Positions 59,301 through 64,000 of a stretch of DNA of 64,000 nt are shown here, in pieces (the stretch's first letter is position 1; every line of letters begins with the position of its first letter). The notes beneath the pieces were generated by a model. That model searched no databases. It saw only the letters and a program-made list of their open reading frames with translations, and was not told the DNA's origin. The DNA is from Antedon mediterranea. Its lineage: Eukaryota > Animalia > Echinodermata. The DNA lies in the NCBI RefSeq assembly GCF_964355755.1, contig NC_092674.1, positions 29,326,001 through 29,390,000 on the forward strand. The letters run 5' to 3'. The translations under genes were made by a program, and so were the position numbers.

Positions 59301-62300
59301 AAAACCTTCTGTTGTATGTCATAAAGTGTTCTGTACATCTATTATATTTGCACAGACATCAAGGCAATATTTGTCTTAAGCTCTGTGTACACTATCAACT
59401 TTATGTGGCAACAAAATGTAATGTGTCTATATATGGACATGATGACATCATATCACTACAGTACCATATTTTGGCATATCACTACCATATTTGGGCATAT
59501 CACTACCATATTTGGGCAACATACTTTTTTTGTCAAACTAATTTGATAGTGTAGACAAACCTTTTGTAATTTTATCTATTTTTTAGGCCCAGATGTATCA
59601 AGTGTTGGTCCTCAGAGCCGCCCACAATCTGAACTCATTAAAGGAGGTTTGAACGTCTCAGCCTGTCTCTCAGACTTCTCTTTGTTTGTATTTCATCCTT
59701 ACGGTGGACAACAAAGAGTTGACTCAGCATTTGGTAAGTCATAGATTAAAAATTACACAATTTAGGCTTAACTGAGTCTGTCTCAGGAATATACATACAT
59801 TTTGTATAGAATAAACTTTGTTTTGCATTGTTACTCATTAAATTGTTGTGATTCTGGGAAAAAATATTTACAGTTAAATATTATAATACTATATTGTTGT
59901 GAAAATATTGTGCTCTTTTTGTCAATAGTAAATTTAAACGAGAGAGATATGGAAACCGGCAACAGACGAGATTCATTATCAGTTAAAGTTGAATTTATAC
60001 GGGTAAACCTGTCTCGTAAACGCCGTGCCTACGTGTTGCCAACATCATCAGATGTTACAGATTCAACTTCTCCAGCAGTTGTTACTGAAAATCTTCGGAG
60101 CACGTCACCAGCGCCCTCACATCTAAGCCGCACCTCAACATCTAGTGGATCACCAAGTTCTATTAAGTTTTCTAGTAAGTGCAATACTCGCTGTTCATAT
60201 TGAAAACAATTTTGAATTGTCGTGTGATGTCATATATTATAATTGCCTATACCTTTCTTTCTATGTCAGTTTTATGCGACATTGGTTCAGCATCCTTGAA
60301 CTATGACATCCGCAGATTGACGGAAGTTTTGGCATTCCCCAAGGCATGGTACCGCAAGTCAATTGCGCGGCAGTTGTTCTTTGGTAAAGAAAGTACCACG
60401 CAATTGCCCACCAAACAACCCTCAGAGTGTGGTAAGTATGTTTGTGTCTACGTATGCTGCTTGTATACTGGAATATAAATATTAATATCAAGAATTTGTA
60501 ACTGTTATTTTATTAATGCTCCTGCCTTTGGTCCTGAGAGAAAAGAAACTCAAAAAGGTTTCCTTACAAAAAGACATTGTTTGTCACCTTTCTCTCCAAC
60601 CTAACATTTTTCATTATGCTACATTATGGTATTTAGAAAACTAATCTTAATTTTTTCTTGAACATGCTTAGAATTTAACAGTTCTATTCTAAAGGCCCTA
60701 TTAATATTTAAAAACACATAAAACAAGAAAAAATATTATTTATAATTATTTTTCTTTTTATAGCAACTTATTCATTAATTATTAGTATCATTGTTTTATA
60801 TAACATTTTTCTGGATTTCTATGCTCTTTTTTTTTGGAAAATTTGTAGAAGAGAGAGAAATAACATTTTAATGAAATACAATTATTAGTATCATTGTTTT
60901 ATATAACATTTTTCAGGATTTAACTTTTACCCAAAATATTTTTGTGCTGATTTTTTTTTTTTTGCCAATTTGTAGGAGAGAGAAAAATAACATTTTAATG
61001 ACGTGCAACAATGATTTTACAGTTGTTGTTTTATTAACTAACATTTTAAGTTTTTTTGTTTTTCTTTCTATCACCTTTATGCTTTATAGACTCTTCTGAC
61101 TCGTCGTCCCCAAAGCTTGGTGGCAGCCTAGAGAATCTATCTGGCGCCAGATCATTCCCCTTAAAACCCCCTTCGTGGAGAACTCCTGGAGCTTTCAACT
61201 CTGCTTCTCCAGGCCTATTTAATCTGTACTCTCAACTAGGACGAGGTACTCCATTAAGACAAGCTTTCTTGCACAGATCATCAGGTAAAATATATGTGTG
61301 TGTGTTACTCCTGAGCAATTTCATACCAACATCCTGGTAATAGACCCTGACTATAAACTTTCCAGATTTCTACCGCAGTCAGGCTTCTGGAAATTAAAAG
61401 AAAACGCTCTCCGATTAGTCTAAAATCTGTCGCAAAACAGTCTTTTCAACAACTTGTTTCTGCGCTAAACTCATGTACAAGACCAAACATACAGCACTGT
61501 ACAATCTTTTTCTAAAACTTATCGCTTGCATTTTTAAATAAAAGTTTTAAAATGTTTTTTTTGCTACTCAAATGCTTTTTTTTTTAACAAAGACTATTTA
61601 ATAAGCACATTTTTACATTTAAACCTCACAATTTGATTAACATTTATTTTTTTTGAACAATCTTTTTTTTTCTGAAAAGCAGCACTACACTAATTAATAA
61701 ATAATGAACAATATTTTACCATTATTAGCAATCATGTATTTTCATCTAGATGGCACACCAGCCGAGTTGATTGCTCGCAGAGACCAGCAAAGACCGACGT
61801 CCACACCATTGTCCAATAAAGATAAGGAGTCTAAGCAGCTTGTGTGGGATACTCGTGTGGTGATTGGTATAAACCTATCAAAGCTACAGGTGAACATGAA
61901 TATGAGCAACGTCATGGGCACGTCTGTGTAAGTTTATTGCAGTTACTGCAGTACTATGATTGCTGCAGTAACTGTACTGTAGTTTTTACCAGGGTTGTAC
62001 TATAGATTCTGAAGTTTCTGTACATTCACTGTAGTTTATTTAAAGCCTTGTCTACATCAAACTTTATGTGACAAAAAATGTGATGTGCCCATATATAGAC
62101 ATGATATCATATCACTACAGTACCATGTTTGGGCACATCAAACAGTAGTTTGATAGTGTAGACAGAGCTTTAATCTTTTTTTTTTAGGTGGCTTGTGAAA
62201 GGATTACAGAAGCAGGTTTGGATTTCTCTTGATAACACAGGATGCAAAGATGTGCGAATTGTCTTAGATCTTGAACAGTCTAGCATTGATTCACATGGAG

Positions 62301-64000
62301 GGGTCATAGGTGGCAGGCTGGAGATGACAAAATTCCATAGTACAGGTATAGTCAACATGGAACTTTATAACTATTAGGAAATATCTTAGACAGAAAAGAT
62401 GTTTAAAGATTTAGTATTTACATTACTTTGTTACTTAATTGCACCGTTTTTTTATATTAAAAAAAGAGTATTACAGAATCAAATGTGAACATAGCTTAAT
62501 GGTAATTTTGCAATGTAGGTCATATTATGGAGCAGCCTGGTAAAGAACCAAAGCACACAGTGGCAGCCAAACTGGATGACTTGAGTGTTAGAGTTGACTA
62601 CATGGGAGGGAGTACTCTACTATGTCAGCTAACTGAGGTTGACCTCAATATAAAGGATGAGTGGAGGTTGAACCTGTCAGATCCGGCTCAAGCTAGTAGC
62701 ACAACAAGGTTAGTGATTATTATCATTATAAGCAGAGCCTACCTCTGAAGCTCTGTCTACACAATCAAACTAGACAAATAAAGTGTGATGTTCCCAAATA
62801 GGGTAGTGATATTCAAAAATATATTTTTTTTTTTATTTCATCATATAAATCATTACAAAGGAAACATAATAAAATATTGTAGTGATATGATATCATCATG
62901 TTCATATATGGGAACATCACATTTTCAGATGTTTGGTAGTGTAGACAGAGCTTAACAGTGTAAAGATGAAGATATAAACAAGTTCATTCCATTTGAACAC
63001 TTTAACAATTATCTAAATCTATTTTATTTAGCTCATTCATTTTTCTTTATCAGACCTGCATCCATATTTGTCCTCATTGATTTCAAATGGGATACTGTAC
63101 AGATGATGATCACACGGTCAACGACCCCTGACCTTATCAAGATCATCAATAAGCTAACAGAGTTCATTAGTCAACAGTTCCACAGCAGCAAGATGGCGTT
63201 TGCCAGTTTAGGGAGTGAGATTCTGACAAAACCAATAATCCCACCACAAAAAGCAACAAAAGCAACACCGCCGCCACAAGGTAAAATACAGAAAACTAAT
63301 CTTCAAATAGAAACATTTTCACTCCTTAAGCAGATATTTAAAGATGTATTGTTCCTCAAAAACATTAAAAATTTTAAGTTAATAAAAAATTGATTTTGAA
63401 TAAGCCCAGTTCAATAAAGTTAATCACTTCCGTATAAAAAGGAAACTAAAAATGTTTCACTTATAAAAAGACAAAATAAACGGTTAAATTCAATCAAAAA
63501 CCCATTTACTTCAATTCGACTATTTTTTGCTTTATATTACAGGTTTTTCAGGATTTTTCTTTTTTTATCCATATTTTGGTGAAAGTGAATAACTATTATG
63601 TGACATGTTCAACAAAACATTAAAACAATATTTTTCAGGAGGACAATACATCTTTAATTGAAGGAATCCATTTTTGTTTTCATCGTTTTACATTATCATT
63701 ATTATTTCATTTCTAAATTTGTAACTAACCTACCTTTTACAGCTGTCCAAAATCACCATCGTCACTGGCAGCCTGTTTCAAGTTTCCTCTCCGATTGTGC
63801 AAATTGGGTTTTTGGTGAAATGAGCATTCCAGAATTGGGCACCGTTCTTGGTGGTCAAGTGAAACTTTCCGGTAACAGTGTTCTTCTTGCGTGTTTTGGT
63901 GGAATCAATTTCAGAGCAAAGTCGTGGGCTTTGTTTGCTCTACGAGAGCCAACCATACACTTTGATGTTGAGTCAATGAAAGTGCAAGAGAATACTCCAG
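32392..64000 (+). CDS. BLTP1: Bridge-like lipid transfer protein 1 (KIAA1109/tweek/Csf1 family), many exons, incomplete at the 3' window edge
   Basis: N-terminal transmembrane segment WVVYITYYNSRVF, then SISVLSGKLMFRDV, VQDGYVIFRWW, LNGFELHCYNRS, PPRFMGEGFVVLQSN, YGPWADRQR, VEYAWLVE, RLWFLWP with CGCLGGC, STDLLNHLVFVQKVFIKEVNE, WLNYKNAYDHW, YDIRRLTEVLAFPKAWYR, MNMSNVMG and HRHWQ. GT-AG exons continue to the end of the window; largest exons are about 40985-42446 and 44625-46117. Confidence 0.95.
37391..37540 (+). repeat. Degenerate ~36-bp minisatellite
   Basis: Repeated GTGACAGAGAAAAGGTCTGGAGGAAAAATGGTGCTG. Confidence 0.8.
40746..40894. mobile_element. Small MITE, Harbinger-like, single copy seen
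   Basis: TIR GGCCAATTTACACAG...CTGTGTAAATTGGCC in a BLTP1 intron. Confidence 0.65.
48350..48638 (+). mobile_element. L2-type LINE 3' fragment
   Basis: PRTNLKSMPKSFFAQAPDIWNQLP matches the L2 ORF2 C-terminal motif (PR..LK....RAF...AP.LWN.LP), followed by an L2-like GCGCTTTATAAAT...(TAT)n tail. The 5' limit is approximate. Confidence 0.75.
49590..49744. mobile_element. hAT-like MITE; related GC-rich copies at about 3334-3474, 19957-20142 and 21620-21761
   Basis: TIR CAGTGGCGTAAC...GTTATGCCACTG with an exact 8-bp target duplication CACATTCT (49582-49589 and 49745-49752). Confidence 0.85.
53428..53502 (+). CDS. BLTP1: Candidate 75-nt cassette exon of BLTP1
   Basis: CTCTAG|CTTTCC...TTGAAG|GTATAG encodes LSSDSDDVCPVNDSNVEHVEPLNLK; phase 0-0, matching both neighbours. 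Confidence 0.65.
54383..54908 (+). repeat. Eight tandem 65-70-bp copies of a BLTP1 exon 3' end plus splice donor
   Basis: Unit starts at 54383, 54448, 54515, 54580, 54650, 54717, 54782 and 54852, including a 202-bp higher-order triplet. Confidence 0.95.
55735..55970 (-). mobile_element. RTE-clade LINE 3' fragment
   Basis: Minus strand encodes KRWTWAGHVSRREDNSWSVALTMWTPMEGKRSRGRQRKRWRDEL, ends GAGGCCTTCATCCAGCAGTGG...(GAT)n, and has a 13-bp target duplication TGCCCTCATTGAT at 55722-55734 and 55971-55983. Confidence 0.88.
56711..56728 (+). CDS. BLTP1: Candidate 18-nt microexon of BLTP1
   Basis: TTGCCAG|TGTTGGAAACCATCCCAG|GTAAGG; phase 2-2 and stop-free between the exon ending at 56409 and the exon starting at about 57058. 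Confidence 0.7.
57998..58317 (-). mobile_element. tRNA-derived SINE, second full copy; decayed fragments at about 35850-36130 and 57410-57550
   Basis: Reverse complement of 25644-25981 with few differences; (TTGA)n tail on the plus strand. Confidence 0.85.
63342..63653. mobile_element. Kolobok-like non-autonomous element; related partial copy at about 4540-4713
   Basis: TTAA on both sides; TIR AGATGTATTGT(T)CCT...AGGACAATACATCT; internal blocks TTAATCACTTCCGTA and AAAATAAACGGTTAAATTCAA are shared with 4551-4610. Confidence 0.7.

Noticed and set aside
1580-61000. Several two-copy local duplications (about 1580-1830, 5295-5460, 50095-50345, 56445-56660, 60775-61000)
   Set aside because: Degenerate AT-rich tandem duplications with no evident structure or coding signal; treated as background.
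37111-63393. Antisense and alternative-frame ORFs overlapping BLTP1 exons (for example 38644-38904, 43712-43984, 44557-44928, 45737-45952)
   Set aside because: Shadow frames of coding exons with no independent motifs.

Overview
AT-rich, intron-containing animal genomic DNA. It is invertebrate; an echinoderm or other deuterostome is my guess from gene and repeat style and is not proven. Four protein genes are visible: the first coding exon of a secreted FGF (minus, 4185-4443), a complete 11-coding-exon ALKBH8 (plus, 18964-24541), a complete SLC30A9/ZnT9 (minus, 25230-31179) lying tail-to-tail with ALKBH8, and head-to-head with it the large multi-exon KIAA1109/BLTP1 (plus, 32392 to beyond the window end). 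There is one intact tRNA-Ser(AGA) gene with several decayed tandem copies. Small non-autonomous transposons are abundant (Harbinger-like, hAT-like, Academ-like and Kolobok-like MITEs, a tRNA-derived SINE, and L2/CR1-group and RTE 3' fragments). The most unusual structure is a ~6 kb composite at 7547-13597: two oppositely oriented arrays of a 106-bp monomer, each monomer carrying a 17+10+17 inverted repeat, bounded by 24-bp terminal inverted repeats built from the same motif, with monomer variants ordered in a non-mirror way. Other notable signals are two Penelope-type hammerhead-ribozyme-like motifs, three independent tandem duplications of splice donors, and a candidate 18-nt microexon. All calls were made by eye without searches, so family assignments are provisional.
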